From the IMG/VR virus record IMGVR_UViG_3300010354_000102, positions 1 through 58,215 of that record: DNA of 58,215 nucleotides, one strand, 5' to 3'. This DNA comes from a virus. Its lineage: Duplodnaviria; Caudoviricetes. The notes under the pieces are model-generated. The model saw nothing but the letters and a program-made list of their open reading frames with translations, made no database searches and was not told the origin of the DNA. The position numbers and the translations under genes were made by a program. Of this stretch, positions 18,701 to 28,934 are shown in pieces. The number at the start of each line of letters is the position of its first letter. Within the stretch, counting starts at the first letter, position 1.

Positions 18701-21700
18701 GAAGAAGATGTATTTACAACTCTATTAATATCAACGACTGTTCCTGTTGGCGTGTTATTTGAAGTTATCGTATCAGTATCTGCAATTTTAATATTGTTTA
18801 CAATGGTTCCATATAATCTATTTTCGATCAATGCAGATGCTGTAGCAGTGACACCAGCTCCTCCAGGACCAGCAATAGTTACTGTAGGTGGAGTTGTGTA
18901 ACCTTTACCTCCAATGTATCCATTATTAGAAGTTATTGTCAGTGTAACTATCTGACCATTTGCAATCGTTGCTACTGCTGTTGCCGATACTGCTCCTCCC
19001 TGAGGATTACCACCCGAAATAGTAACCGTAGGTGGAACTGTATATCCAGACCCAGGATTTGTGACATTTAACTTGTAAACAACTCCTTCTCTGTATTCTG
19101 TTGCTTGTATTTGACCACCTGATCCAGAACCAGTAAAAATGTTTCCGATAGTAAATTGAAGTGCTGTATCAACAGCAAAACCTAGATACAAACTAGATAG
19201 ATCATTATTTAAAATATATGATGTAGTTGTATCTGCTTGAATAGCAATATCACCAGCAAGAGCACCCTCAAGTGCTAGTCTTTCCGCTTGGTTTGCTACT
19301 GTGAAAACATTAAATGGTCTTAGAGCTGGAATTTGGTCGATTGAAATCTTGCCAGAATCAGTAAGTTCTACGAGTGCTCTTGGAACAGCATTTGTAGAAT
19401 ATGGCTTGTTAATATATGGTCCTAGATTATTTGAAATATAATCTTTAACTGCTTTTTGTGTTGGTAGTTTAGAGTCAGTTGAGAACGCTCCACCTAAAGT
19501 TGGGGAAGCATCAAATCCAGTAACAACAACGTCTCCACCCTTCAGTTTGAGGAATTCAACCTCAGAGATAGTAACAGTACCAGTAAAGGTGATAGCACCA
19601 GTTCTGTTTTCAATGCGAGCAAAGTAACCTACCTTGAAGTCACCAAGTTCATCTGTTCCTGATGTATAAACACGCCCATAGTTTTCAGAAACCTGTTCGT
19701 ATGCTTCAATCTTAGTTCCACCGTTTTCTGGTAGAGCATTGTAGTTGGTTCCTGCTCCAGCAAATTCCCAAGTATGGGATGAAGAGTTAACAATAGAAGG
19801 TCTGTGGAGTTTGATAGTCTTTCCAGCAAATTCTGCATTAGAATTTGCTACTACAGAACCAGTAGAAATTTTAGTAAAACTCGCACCAGCATTTAAAGTT
19901 AGTGTTGCAGTGAAAGGAGGACCAACAGTAACGCCACTTACAGCATCAACAAAATATTCAATAGCAGTGTTTGTATTGCGATAGTCATTAAATTTAATAA
20001 CATAATGCTCTAGAGGTCTTCTGCCCAATCCACTAACAGTAATTACAGTCTTTCCTGTTACAGATTCGGTAATATTTGTAATAGTTCCAATATCAAATGA
20101 GTATGGATCTTCTCTATATCCTCTTGCTCTAAGAGCATAGATACCAAAGTTTGTAGCAGAGTTTGTGACGGAAGCATATCCACCACTATCACAATAAACG
20201 CCATCGGCACAGAAGATAACGAACACAGAAACTAACTGTGTATATCCATCATTAACAACTTTATATCCTGTTCCTCCAAATGAAACGATGGTAAATGCAG
20301 AAGCAACCATCGACTTACCCTGATTAGGATAAGATGCAGTTCCATTAAGTTCTAGACCTGGGAATGGGCAGTTTGGTTGAGCAACTTTATTTCCATCAAC
20401 TTCTGCTCCACTACCACCTAAGAATGAAATAATAGAGGAGTTTTGTGTATATGGTGATGCTTCGATATATGGAAGATCATCCCAAGTTCCTCTTGGAGTA
20501 ATATACTTATTATTTGCATCATATAAAACTCCTTCTGGGTATGTAATTGTTGGAGAGTATAGAGTTCCATATGTCTTTGTTGTTGCTCCAGGAAGAATAG
20601 TTCCTCCCAAAATATTATCAAGCAGTGCCATTTCAGTTTCAATAGCACTCTTAATTCCTGCACATTTAGACGTTCCAGGATCAACTAAAACAGATGCATC
20701 AATGAACAATGGAATTGTGGTTTCATAAACGGGAGTATAGTTAGCACCAGTTCCATTTGTTCCTGTCTTCCAATTCCTCATTGCAAGAATTGAAAGATCC
20801 CTCACTTTCTCAAATGCATATCTAGTAGCGGGAAGTTCGCCTGAAGGAATTCCTGTTAATCCTGTTCCAGTAAAATATGATTCTGCGGCAGTAACAATTC
20901 CAGCATTTCCTCCAAGAATAAGGTCTCTTGTTAATCCAGAAAGAATATATCTAATATCTCTTTTGCACTTTCTTTCTTGGTCTGCAGTTAATCCTAAACC
21001 AGGATATGTGTTTTTAGCAAATCCAAGTGCTTCTGAAGCAATAAAATCTGCATTACGCTGAATAAGAATACCTGCATCAAGTTGTGTGCCAGTAGCATTA
21101 TTGCATAAAGTATCAACAAAAACGTATGCTAATGTATCAATAGCGTTCTTAACATCAGCACATGCTGGAGATACTGTATCTTGAGTAACAGTTGGATCAA
21201 AGTATCTCGCTATTGCTGAATATACTGGAGTATATAATGGATCTGCAATTTGCCCATTACCTGTTCTCCAACGACGCATTGCAAGAATACATAATTGTCT
21301 GGCAATTTCAAATGCTCTTACTGTCTGAGCAATTTCATTTCCAACAAATCCAATTTGTGTTCCATTTACATAATACTTTGCTGCTTCTATACAGTGGTAA
21401 TTTCCGCCATATTCGAGATCCATAATAATAGCATTAACAAAATGCCCAATATCTCTACGGCATTTTGTTTCATTTGGAATAACAAATGATCTCTGAACAT
21501 AAGCAGAAGCAGAGAGTGCTGGCGTTGAACCAGTGGTGTAGGTATTTCCTGATGTTAATCCAAGTGTAGTGATACTACCAAAATATCTAACTTGGAATAC
21601 TGTTGCACTAACTCTATTCGTTACAGTATATTGTGCATTAATTGCATTATTTAATCCATTCTGGTAAATCGTTACAGTGTCATCTAAATAGAATCCATGA

Positions 21701-24015
21701 TTACCTGTAGTAGTAACTTCTAAAATTACATAACCAGCATCTGTTCCAGTTCCTGTAGTTGCTTTAATTGATGAAACTGAGAAATTAGGGCTAAACTCAT
21801 CTGCTATTTGTAGATAAGTTTCATCTTTAATAAACTCAATATTATTTCTAATTAAATTACAAGCATCTTGGAATCTTCTAGAAACATAAGGAGTTGTTTC
21901 AAATTTGTTTGGTGAGTTTAATAAAGAAACAGTTACTGAATACGAATATCTTTTTACACTCGCTAGTGTTGGAGTGTAGTTTACATCAGTAAATGATGCT
22001 GACTTTTTAGGAATAACAATTCTTCTTGATCTTCCATCTGCATCATAAAGAACCTTATATACTCTTTGTTTTCCGTTTAACCAAGAAAGATCAGGTGAAG
22101 ATGTAGGCAATCCACTAATTTCAATCTCTTCATTTTCTTTGAAATCATGTGTATTTTGTCTACCGATCAAAGGATTAGTATATAGTACAATACCATCAAT
22201 TGCTGGATTTGCTTGTTGAGAAGCATCAATTCTAGTGATAGGTAGAGAAGATATTAAATCCTTATTATTTGATACTACTTCCCCTTCTGCTCTAATTGAT
22301 TTTACATCTGTTGCAACAAGAGTATAAACATTTCTGATCCAAGTTAAAGTTGCTGTTCCATTTGATTCTGCTCCTGTGGTGTGCGTAGGAGCGGTCGAAG
22401 CAGTAGTTCCAGCAGTTGTTACAGAATAAACATTTGTGCCAGAATAAACATAAGAATTTAAAGCAAGTGCAGTATTTGCTGCCCATGGCTTAGCACTATC
22501 TCCAGGATAATTAAATGTTTCACCAGTTTGGAAAGAACCACTGGTAACTTGAACATCCATTGTTCCACTGATGTTACCAGAGTTTAGTGATACTGCTTTG
22601 ACAATACCAACAGCGCCAGTGTTAACACCAACAACATATTCATTTGCGGCAAGTGCAGTTAATCCAGTGTTATTCTGGAAACTAACACGAATCTTAGGAA
22701 CACCAAAAATTTGATGACCAATCGGGAAATTTCTACCAAAATCTCCACCACTATTGACATCATAGTAAATTCTTTGTTTGTCATCAAAGACCATGGCGTA
22801 ATCCCATGTTGCAATAGGATCTCCATTGCTATCAATTTTATCTCTAAATGTAATACCAGTTACATAGTTCTTATCCCCAAACTTAAACATATGTTTACGG
22901 GGATTTGCTGGTCTTACGATTACAAGACGTAAGTTATCACCAACAATCGAACAATCTGGTGGAATAGAAATTGGATTATCTTCTACATAATCACCGCCAG
23001 AAATTACGACAGTTTCTTTAACTCCAACCGATTGAGAAGCAATTTGACATGCTCTCTTAATTGTTCTAACTGGATTTACTGCCGAACGACCATCGTTAGC
23101 ATCGTCACCAATCTGCTGAGAAACGTATACGCGACCACCAACGTCGTTGGTAGCAAGATTGAGAACATACTCAGTAGTTGCAATCTTTTCCGTTCTGTCT
23201 CCCAGTGGAGGAGTAACAGAACGAGGATATTTCATATCCTCATTATAGAATTTAAGGAGAGGACTTGATACTCTGTAACCAATGTGTCTAAAAGTAACAG
23301 TTCCGTTAGTAAATTCTCCATCACTATGGGATGGTGGAGTAGAACCTGTAATTCCAGTTACAATTGCTTCGTAAATATTATTACCAAAATATCTAGTGCT
23401 TCCTTTTGATACTGAAGTATTTGGAACCCATAATGTTCCAGTATTATTTGAATATGTTTTTAATCCAGGAGCACGAAACTTTGCATCAGCTGTAACAAAG
23501 TTATCGATATCTAGGTTAAGAATACGAGCAGTGTCTGAAATAATCGAAGTAGATGTTCTGATAGCACCATTAACATCTAGTTCATAATCAACCGTATCTA
23601 GAACAGCTGTTGCTGCAGCACCATTTCCACCACCGCCAGAGATAGTTACTGAAGGAGCAGATGTATAACCATCCCCAGGATTGTCAATAATAATTGCGAC
23701 TACAGATCCAGAAGAAATAACAGCAGACGCTAAAGCTTGAACACCTCCAGGTAACTGAGGAGCACTTAGAACTACAGAAGGAGAAGTAGTGTAACCAGTT
23801 CCATTAAAACCAGTATTAATTACAATTTTTTCTACTCGTCTACCAGTTCTATTAATACCAACACGAGGTAATTTGGTAGATGGATCTAGTTGAACACGAA
23901 CAACTTCTTTCTCATCGGAACCAGATCCTGATCGAATTGTAAAATCATTTTGACCAACTACTTTTGGAGTTGTAGATTTGATTATCTGCTTATCTGCATT
24001 AAATTCTAAACTCAT
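15718..24015 (-). CDS. Giant tail fibre / virion structural protein (2765 aa)
   Basis: GxGYT..P.VTI repeats, two KCRRDI/KCKRDI helical repeats, GLDADLLDG and GLDADKLDN fibre motifs, C-terminal SKSFRIPHP...LEGPE...YVRG chaperone-like domain. Confidence 0.85.
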   Translation of the reverse strand: MSLEFNADKQIIKSTTPKVVGQNDFTIRSGSGSDEKEVVRVQLDPSTKLPRVGINRTGRRVEKIVINTGFNGTGYTTSPSVVLSAPQLPGGVQALASAVISSGSVVAIIIDNPGDGYTSAPSVTISGGGGNGAAATAVLDTVDYELDVNGAIRTSTSIISDTARILNLDIDNFVTADAKFRAPGLKTYSNNTGTLWVPNTSVSKGSTRYFGNNIYEAIVTGITGSTPPSHSDGEFTNGTVTFRHIGYRVSSPLLKFYNEDMKYPRSVTPPLGDRTEKIATTEYVLNLATNDVGGRVYVSQQIGDDANDGRSAVNPVRTIKRACQIASQSVGVKETVVISGGDYVEDNPISIPPDCSIVGDNLRLVIVRPANPRKHMFKFGDKNYVTGITFRDKIDSNGDPIATWDYAMVFDDKQRIYYDVNSGGDFGRNFPIGHQIFGVPKIRVSFQNNTGLTALAANEYVVGVNTGAVGIVKAVSLNSGNISGTMDVQVTSGSFQTGETFNYPGDSAKPWAANTALALNSYVYSGTNVYSVTTAGTTASTAPTHTTGAESNGTATLTWIRNVYTLVATDVKSIRAEGEVVSNNKDLISSLPITRIDASQQANPAIDGIVLYTNPLIGRQNTHDFKENEEIEISGLPTSSPDLSWLNGKQRVYKVLYDADGRSRRIVIPKKSASFTDVNYTPTLASVKRYSYSVTVSLLNSPNKFETTPYVSRRFQDACNLIRNNIEFIKDETYLQIADEFSPNFSVSSIKATTGTGTDAGYVILEVTTTGNHGFYLDDTVTIYQNGLNNAINAQYTVTNRVSATVFQVRYFGSITTLGLTSGNTYTTGSTPALSASAYVQRSFVIPNETKCRRDIGHFVNAIIMDLEYGGNYHCIEAAKYYVNGTQIGFVGNEIAQTVRAFEIARQLCILAMRRWRTGNGQIADPLYTPVYSAIARYFDPTVTQDTVSPACADVKNAIDTLAYVFVDTLCNNATGTQLDAGILIQRNADFIASEALGFAKNTYPGLGLTADQERKCKRDIRYILSGLTRDLILGGNAGIVTAAESYFTGTGLTGIPSGELPATRYAFEKVRDLSILAMRNWKTGTNGTGANYTPVYETTIPLFIDASVLVDPGTSKCAGIKSAIETEMALLDNILGGTILPGATTKTYGTLYSPTITYPEGVLYDANNKYITPRGTWDDLPYIEASPYTQNSSIISFLGGSGAEVDGNKVAQPNCPFPGLELNGTASYPNQGKSMVASAFTIVSFGGTGYKVVNDGYTQLVSVFVIFCADGVYCDSGGYASVTNSATNFGIYALRARGYREDPYSFDIGTITNITESVTGKTVITVSGLGRRPLEHYVIKFNDYRNTNTAIEYFVDAVSGVTVGPPFTATLTLNAGASFTKISTGSVVANSNAEFAGKTIKLHRPSIVNSSSHTWEFAGAGTNYNALPENGGTKIEAYEQVSENYGRVYTSGTDELGDFKVGYFARIENRTGAITFTGTVTISEVEFLKLKGGDVVVTGFDASPTLGGAFSTDSKLPTQKAVKDYISNNLGPYINKPYSTNAVPRALVELTDSGKISIDQIPALRPFNVFTVANQAERLALEGALAGDIAIQADTTTSYILNNDLSSLYLGFAVDTALQFTIGNIFTGSGSGGQIQATEYREGVVYKLNVTNPGSGYTVPPTVTISGGNPQGGAVSATAVATIANGQIVTLTITSNNGYIGGKGYTTPPTVTIAGPGGAGVTATASALIENRLYGTIVNNIKIADTDTITSNNTPTGTVVDINRVVNTSSSLSSNWVSLSSNQIAADAITSGVISTSRLAQNSTEANSFTFLRGDQAYAPVVQSIKGSETRYFAKLTQAVSSGSSTFVFATNANILKGHGIVSITGVAANTSVSNVLTASGSTTVTLNNPVTQNIPSGTIIEFTRPASPLILDTVYTIGSFIDNVVIVSGGTGFTNGTYTDVSLSGGTGTGLKANITVSGNAVTSIIVTNGGINYTGDFNITNTPAGIGSGSGLVLAAKLATTAKNYANTALDIKRVDDLTISSDPFGSVGVARFQKSQFTLGASGNGSVTLKTGADSGLDADLLDGAQGSYYLNASNLNAGVVSVDRLSGTYNISVSGQSGNTLRLITSTNNPTSSPSPNSFSEGIIADTRNNSADSLSDGGSRHLVLTLRNFGSGFDATGGGVRQLAFTDNDNMWIRGSGTGVTTFGTWAKVWTSINDGPGTGLDADKLDNRQGSFYQNAYNINSGILSDNRLAPYLTAKSFNNSVKILTTTNNPYYDIYISGYVLTASPFLAGLPVNLYDVNAQGTGTLTITNVTTYNDADDNLDYTIISGVLNTGTFNGAQTIGTANDRVAFQDYTLKNQGTFETASLESSTGTGLLKLGRKDGQASSPAIYLSTSSSPAPNYNVALIASGGNNSDGSGNLNIVVATTDSATINNQKIWNAGNLTPATNNVANTVVLRDASGNFAAGTITASVTGASSLNVLKAGDTMTGQLKIAFNTGLGISETGGTGNRLTITSSGSGSILSVNDNSALIFQTDTGTEQGRFRNTASGGGLQTKLLAVNNNTTDANTTAGLGADIDAPWIRIGDASTPRTYTNGQGIKLHDDSVQHYSIGQLGGKFLIAQTSTNANQLFPNTTSTVGIYMDSAARVGINIAQSNTLTYQLQVNGSFAATSKSFRIPHPTKENHDLVYGSLEGPEHAVYVRGKVTNNVIELPDYWNSLIDENTLTVQLTPIGNHMSWVEKIEDNTIFIGGGEAFYFVQAARKDIEPLEVEVELPVEEEE

Positions 24016-24057
24016 TTTGATCTAGTGCTCCGACAGATTTTTTATATTATTCTTTAT

Positions 24058-24064
24058 TATTTAG
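24058..24064 (-). promoter_or_regulatory. Probable late promoter (CTAAATA variant)
   Basis: Intergenic, upstream of the ATG at 24015. Confidence 0.5.
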
Positions 24065-24070
24065 TTATTG

Positions 24071-24574
24071 TTACCAAACAACTGAGACTACTTGAACGTT
24101 TGCTATCCATTTGATAACATTAGTAGTTCCGCCTCTAACAGTTGAATAACTGAATTGATGTGACTGACCTGAAGTATATGTTTCTACTGTCCATGTTTGA
24201 CCAGTAGGAATAGAATCTTTAATAATTGTAGTCAATTCTGATAACGTAGATACTGCTCCAGAAGCACTGCAAGATACTGTTGATTCTATTTTAACGGAAT
24301 ATAATCCAGTTCCATCACCATTTACTGCAAGAATATATCCAGTGATAAAATTCACTGTTCCTGAAGTTAGTGTTATAGGAAGAGTTCCATCGAGAGTTAA
24401 TACTGTAGTATTTAATCCTTTCAATATGTAATCTTTTTTAGTTGCATCATTGTAATTTGAATTTTTTAATGTAAATGTGTTTACATTTTGAACATCCAAA
24501 TCATCTGTGATGAGAGTAGTCTGGTTGATACCAAAACCACCCTCAGAGTTGAAAGTTTTTATAGTAGTTGCCAT
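24071..24574 (-). CDS. Virion structural protein (beta-rich), hypothetical
   Basis: 167 aa, Thr/Ser-rich, KTFNSEGGF start; lies between fibre genes. Confidence 0.7.
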   Translation of the reverse strand: MATTIKTFNSEGGFGINQTTLITDDLDVQNVNTFTLKNSNYNDATKKDYILKGLNTTVLTLDGTLPITLTSGTVNFITGYILAVNGDGTGLYSVKIESTVSCSASGAVSTLSELTTIIKDSIPTGQTWTVETYTSGQSHQFSYSTVRGGTTNVIKWIANVQVVSVVW

Positions 24575-24580
24575 GGCGGT

Positions 24581-27500
24581 TTATTTTTTGATTTGTGTTT
24601 TGGTTACAACCACTTTCACATTATTACCAGATGCAACACTAGAAGATAGTGTAGCAGTGAAACGAATATTATTTGAGACATCAAAATCAAATGTAGGAAC
24701 AAATAAATCTGCAGTTGTTACAGTATTACCGTATTGAACTGCGTAAATATCAGTTCCTTTGTGGATAACATTAAATTCTACTATTTGTTTATCTCCTGTA
24801 GTTAAATTATCAGCTGAAACAATAATTTTTGCCGAAGCATGAAGCGATGGGTTATAAATTATTGCTGTTCCAATATCAGAAGATCCTTTTGTCAATGATA
24901 TTGCAGTTGTTTCATATTTCACATCAGACAATTCAAAGAATTTTAATGTTTTATCTAAAATGGAAATATTGTCTTCTGTGTTAGAAGTATCGAAATTTCT
25001 GTTTATATCTATAGAACTAGATGTATTATTAAAAGAAACTAAAGTATCAGGAACCCCTAAATTATTTCCAAAAGCAATTTTTAATTTATTTAAAGAACTT
25101 TCAAATATTAAATTATTTGTATTATAAGTATATACTTGTAAAGTATCATTAACATTAACTCTAGTTCCTAATTTAATCTCATCACCACGTATTTCTAAAC
25201 TACCGTAACTATCACTGTAGTATGTCAACGTAGCAGTTCCATTTGCTACCGCACCTGTAGTATGGGTAGGAGCTATTGATCCTGTAGTTCCAGCAGTAGT
25301 TACTTGATATACATTATCTAAATTATATACAAATGAGTTTAATGTGTATGCTGTATTTGGTTTCCATGCAAATCTACCATCAGTATCTCTTGATGAAATT
25401 TTATTTGCGGTTGCTAATTCTAATTCTGTTCTTAGTAAACGTGCTGAGTTATATCCATCGTTGAAGAAATATAACGTATTATCATTAGCACCTACTGTTT
25501 CTTCAGCAAGAATGTATGTATTGCCATCGACATCCCTAACACCACCCAAAGATATAAAGCTACTGCCGTTGGAACCTTCATATTGAGATGTTTGTGTATT
25601 ATAGCGTATAATACCAACTGTTGACGCTGCTGGTCTATTAGTGGAATTACCAACAGGAATTTTTACACCACCCGTTCCACTGATAGATAATACTTTTGAA
25701 GAAGATCCTGGTGAAATAACAATATCTTCATTTTGAGTTGATGCAATAATATTTGAATCTATAGATAATTTGTTATCTACTAAAATACCAGACCCAGTGG
25801 TATTGATTGCTTTTGCATTAATAGTTCCAGTAGAAGATATAATACTTAAGTTTGTTTGTGCAGAAACTGTTCCAATAACTAAGGAAGCGGGTTGTGTTGG
25901 TGTTCCAGGAGGAGATATTGAAAGAATATCTCCAGCAACATAACCAACACCATTGTCAGTAATAGTAACGTCTGTGACAACACCAACTGCTGAAATTGTT
26001 AATACAGCAGGTGTTGTTGGTGTAGAAGAAACTACAGAATTACCTCCAATTGTAGATATTAATGATGTATGATTAAATGCTAATGTATCTCCAACTATAT
26101 AACCTGTTCCGCCATTAGTTACAACTACTGACGTTACTCCTCCTCCTGCTCCTATTATTATTCTTGCTTGTGCTCCAACTCCAGAACCTCCCGTTAAAGG
26201 AACAGCATTATATGTGTTTGGAGTATATCCACTTCCAGCGGTAGTTATATTTGTAGCAAATGCAACGACAGTATTTACAGTAAATCCTACTCCAGTTCCT
26301 CCTGATGGTTGCAATCCAGAATAAGATCCAACATCATATCCAGCACCACCAGTTAATGTTGTTGAAGTAATATTAGTAGAATCAAAATTCAGATCTCTGT
26401 AAGAAGTAGTCAATAAATTAGTAAATCTCAAAGACTCGCCACTACCTACAGCAACAGATAAAGCAGAATTGGATGAGTTGAACGCAACACCATATCTAGT
26501 ATTATCTTTTACTGTAAAAATAGGTGTTTTTATATCATTTAAAGCATTTGCTTGGAATCCAGTAGTGGAAAATGTAGATCCATCAACTTGTAATCTAGAG
26601 TTTCCTGATAAATTTGATGTGCTACCAATTCTTACTTTTTTATTTGTAGTATATGAGAGATAAGTGTCTCCACTAGATCTAATATCTCCACTAACATCAA
26701 AATCATATAGTAGTGGAGTTACTGCTGGATCAATATTTACAGATACTCTATGATTAACAGAATCTACATATAATGTTCCGCCAAAAGATGCATCTGCCAA
26801 GAATGATAAATCATCCTGAACTGTTAAAGTTCCAGCAATATTTGTGTTTCCGTTACTAGCAGTTACTGTAAATTTATTTGTTCCTACAGTTAAATTTCCG
26901 CCAATATTAGAAGTTCCACCTACGGATAAATTATTTGTGAGTGTTAAAGATGTTGCACTTGTTGCGCCTAACGTTGCTGTTCCATCTTTATTGAGAACAA
27001 TATTAGAAGCGGTATTTACGTTTCCTACGGTAATTACTAAACCACTACCACTTACTATTGCTTCTCCGCTTATTGTTATTTTTCCTTCTCTGCCATCAAA
27101 CCCGCCTTCATTAATATGCTGATTCAGTGGATCCCCAAAACCATTACTACAATAATAGTAAAGTGTTGTCGGTGTATTTGCATTTGGCGTAATAGCAACA
27201 TCAACAGAAGTGTATTGATAATTTACTTCACTTCCTTCATAAGGATCACCATAATCAGCCTGTGCTCCTTGACCACTCAAAAGAGTATGAATGCCATCTG
27301 GGCTGGTGCTGAACCTTATTGGATGACTATTATTTGAAGAATTTGCTTGGTTAAAAATATATCTTTTATTTTTTTCAAATGTAAAATCTTTTATATTTTC
27401 ATAAGGACCATTAGGATTTAAAGAGAAATAATAATTTAAAGCATTTGTAACAGAAGCAATTGTTGCTGTATTGCCGTTGCCATCACTGACAGTTTGACCA

Positions 27501-28729
27501 ACAGTGAATTGAATTGTGTTCCCGTCTTCTGCGCCAGATCTAATAGAAACTGCTTCTACTCTATTCTGAGCATTTAAAAATCTCTTTACAATTGGTCTAT
27601 TTTCAGCTGAATATGTTAAAGTTCCCCCAACAGTAAATCCTGTTGTTGGTAGAGTTCCAGTAAACACAACTAATTGTGTCATCCACATTTTAACATACCA
27701 AGTTTCTGCTGGAGCTAACTCAACAGGATTAACCGATAATTGATCTCCAATTAAATATCCATCACCCCCATCAGTTACATTAGCATCAATAACTTTACCT
27801 ACACCTGTTACTGTAAATTGAAATCCTGATCCAGAACCGCCAAGATTTGTATTATTTACCGATAAAACATTACCTACTTGATAACCAGTATTTGCCAATA
27901 ATACTTGAATTTGAGATATATTACCTACACCATTAATTACATATTGAAATCCAGTTACTCCTCCGATGGTAGCGGGATTAGCAGATAATACGTCACCCGT
28001 TGCATATCCAGATCCTTGGTTTACAATGTTTACGCCAGTAACAGAAACGGCAGCTCCAGTATTTGTAACGGTAATATCGGCACGCATACCAGAACCAGAA
28101 CCACCAGTTAGACTGATATTAGTAAAAATTGCGGAATTATTTGCACCAATATTTCCACCAGTGCCACCAAGTTGAATGCTACCAGAAAAAGGAGAAACTG
28201 TAATGTCTGCCGTTGCTCCAGTTCCAGTTCCTCCAGTCAAAGGAACACTTACATATGATCCACCAACATAATTATTTCCGCCGTTTGTAATATCTCCAGT
28301 TAAAGCTCTAACAGTTAAACTAGCTTTTACACCAGTTCCAGAACCTCCAGTAAGAGGAATAGAGGAAAATACTCCAGAACTATATGTTGATCCTCCATTA
28401 GTTAATGTGATTCCACCTGCTCCCACTGGAACAGCAGATATCAATGTTTTAAAATTTTGCAGAGAAGTTAAACTTGTTTTATCAAATCTAGCAACAGAAT
28501 TTCCTTCTGCTGCAATATATAATTGTTTTCCAGTAGAACCCCTAAAAACACCAACATCAGTAGCATTAGTAAAAAATAGTGATGGCTGCTGAACAGTTCC
28601 ATCACTCATACTAAACGCCCCTTCACCTACGGAAGTTTGAACCGTAAATAAATCAGATGCTATCTGATTTATCTTTTGTCTCTGAATTTCCAGAGTGTCG
28701 GTCTTAGCTACATTTCTAAGTATTGCCAT
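24581..28729 (-). CDS. Virion structural / fibre-associated protein (1382 aa)
   Basis: Repeated VPLTGGSGxG...GxGY..GD.L units, G.IRYN...YEG and DVDGNTYI motifs, internal cupredoxin-like and CBM-like modules. Confidence 0.8.
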   Translation of the reverse strand: MAILRNVAKTDTLEIQRQKINQIASDLFTVQTSVGEGAFSMSDGTVQQPSLFFTNATDVGVFRGSTGKQLYIAAEGNSVARFDKTSLTSLQNFKTLISAVPVGAGGITLTNGGSTYSSGVFSSIPLTGGSGTGVKASLTVRALTGDITNGGNNYVGGSYVSVPLTGGTGTGATADITVSPFSGSIQLGGTGGNIGANNSAIFTNISLTGGSGSGMRADITVTNTGAAVSVTGVNIVNQGSGYATGDVLSANPATIGGVTGFQYVINGVGNISQIQVLLANTGYQVGNVLSVNNTNLGGSGSGFQFTVTGVGKVIDANVTDGGDGYLIGDQLSVNPVELAPAETWYVKMWMTQLVVFTGTLPTTGFTVGGTLTYSAENRPIVKRFLNAQNRVEAVSIRSGAEDGNTIQFTVGQTVSDGNGNTATIASVTNALNYYFSLNPNGPYENIKDFTFEKNKRYIFNQANSSNNSHPIRFSTSPDGIHTLLSGQGAQADYGDPYEGSEVNYQYTSVDVAITPNANTPTTLYYYCSNGFGDPLNQHINEGGFDGREGKITISGEAIVSGSGLVITVGNVNTASNIVLNKDGTATLGATSATSLTLTNNLSVGGTSNIGGNLTVGTNKFTVTASNGNTNIAGTLTVQDDLSFLADASFGGTLYVDSVNHRVSVNIDPAVTPLLYDFDVSGDIRSSGDTYLSYTTNKKVRIGSTSNLSGNSRLQVDGSTFSTTGFQANALNDIKTPIFTVKDNTRYGVAFNSSNSALSVAVGSGESLRFTNLLTTSYRDLNFDSTNITSTTLTGGAGYDVGSYSGLQPSGGTGVGFTVNTVVAFATNITTAGSGYTPNTYNAVPLTGGSGVGAQARIIIGAGGGVTSVVVTNGGTGYIVGDTLAFNHTSLISTIGGNSVVSSTPTTPAVLTISAVGVVTDVTITDNGVGYVAGDILSISPPGTPTQPASLVIGTVSAQTNLSIISSTGTINAKAINTTGSGILVDNKLSIDSNIIASTQNEDIVISPGSSSKVLSISGTGGVKIPVGNSTNRPAASTVGIIRYNTQTSQYEGSNGSSFISLGGVRDVDGNTYILAEETVGANDNTLYFFNDGYNSARLLRTELELATANKISSRDTDGRFAWKPNTAYTLNSFVYNLDNVYQVTTAGTTGSIAPTHTTGAVANGTATLTYYSDSYGSLEIRGDEIKLGTRVNVNDTLQVYTYNTNNLIFESSLNKLKIAFGNNLGVPDTLVSFNNTSSSIDINRNFDTSNTEDNISILDKTLKFFELSDVKYETTAISLTKGSSDIGTAIIYNPSLHASAKIIVSADNLTTGDKQIVEFNVIHKGTDIYAVQYGNTVTTADLFVPTFDFDVSNNIRFTATLSSSVASGNNVKVVVTKTQIKK

Positions 28730-28934
28730 TTCTTATGAGTTCTCTTAAAAGATTTTTAATATCTGAGAGTTCATTCTTTAGATCTTCCACATCACTTTGA
28801 AGTTTTTTAATAGATGCACTACCATTACGTAGTTTTCTAGCATCTTCAAATACACTTTTATCAGTATTTATAATGGCACCAGTATCTTTATCTCTTACAA
28901 GATAGTCATGATCAAGAACTTTAATATAATCCAT
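28716..28934 (-). CDS. Small conserved T4-like protein (LVRD..TGAIINTD)
   Basis: 72 aa with a C-terminal coiled coil; typically follows VrlC-like genes. Confidence 0.75.
   Translation of the reverse strand: MDYIKVLDHDYLVRDKDTGAIINTDKSVFEDARKLRNGSASIKKLQSDVEDLKNELSDIKNLLRELIRNGNT

Noticed and set aside
12278-28729. Diversity-generating retroelement or invertible fibre switch
   Set aside because: No reverse transcriptase or invertase, and no near-identical template/variable repeat pair was seen; the repeats are protein-level Gly-rich motifs
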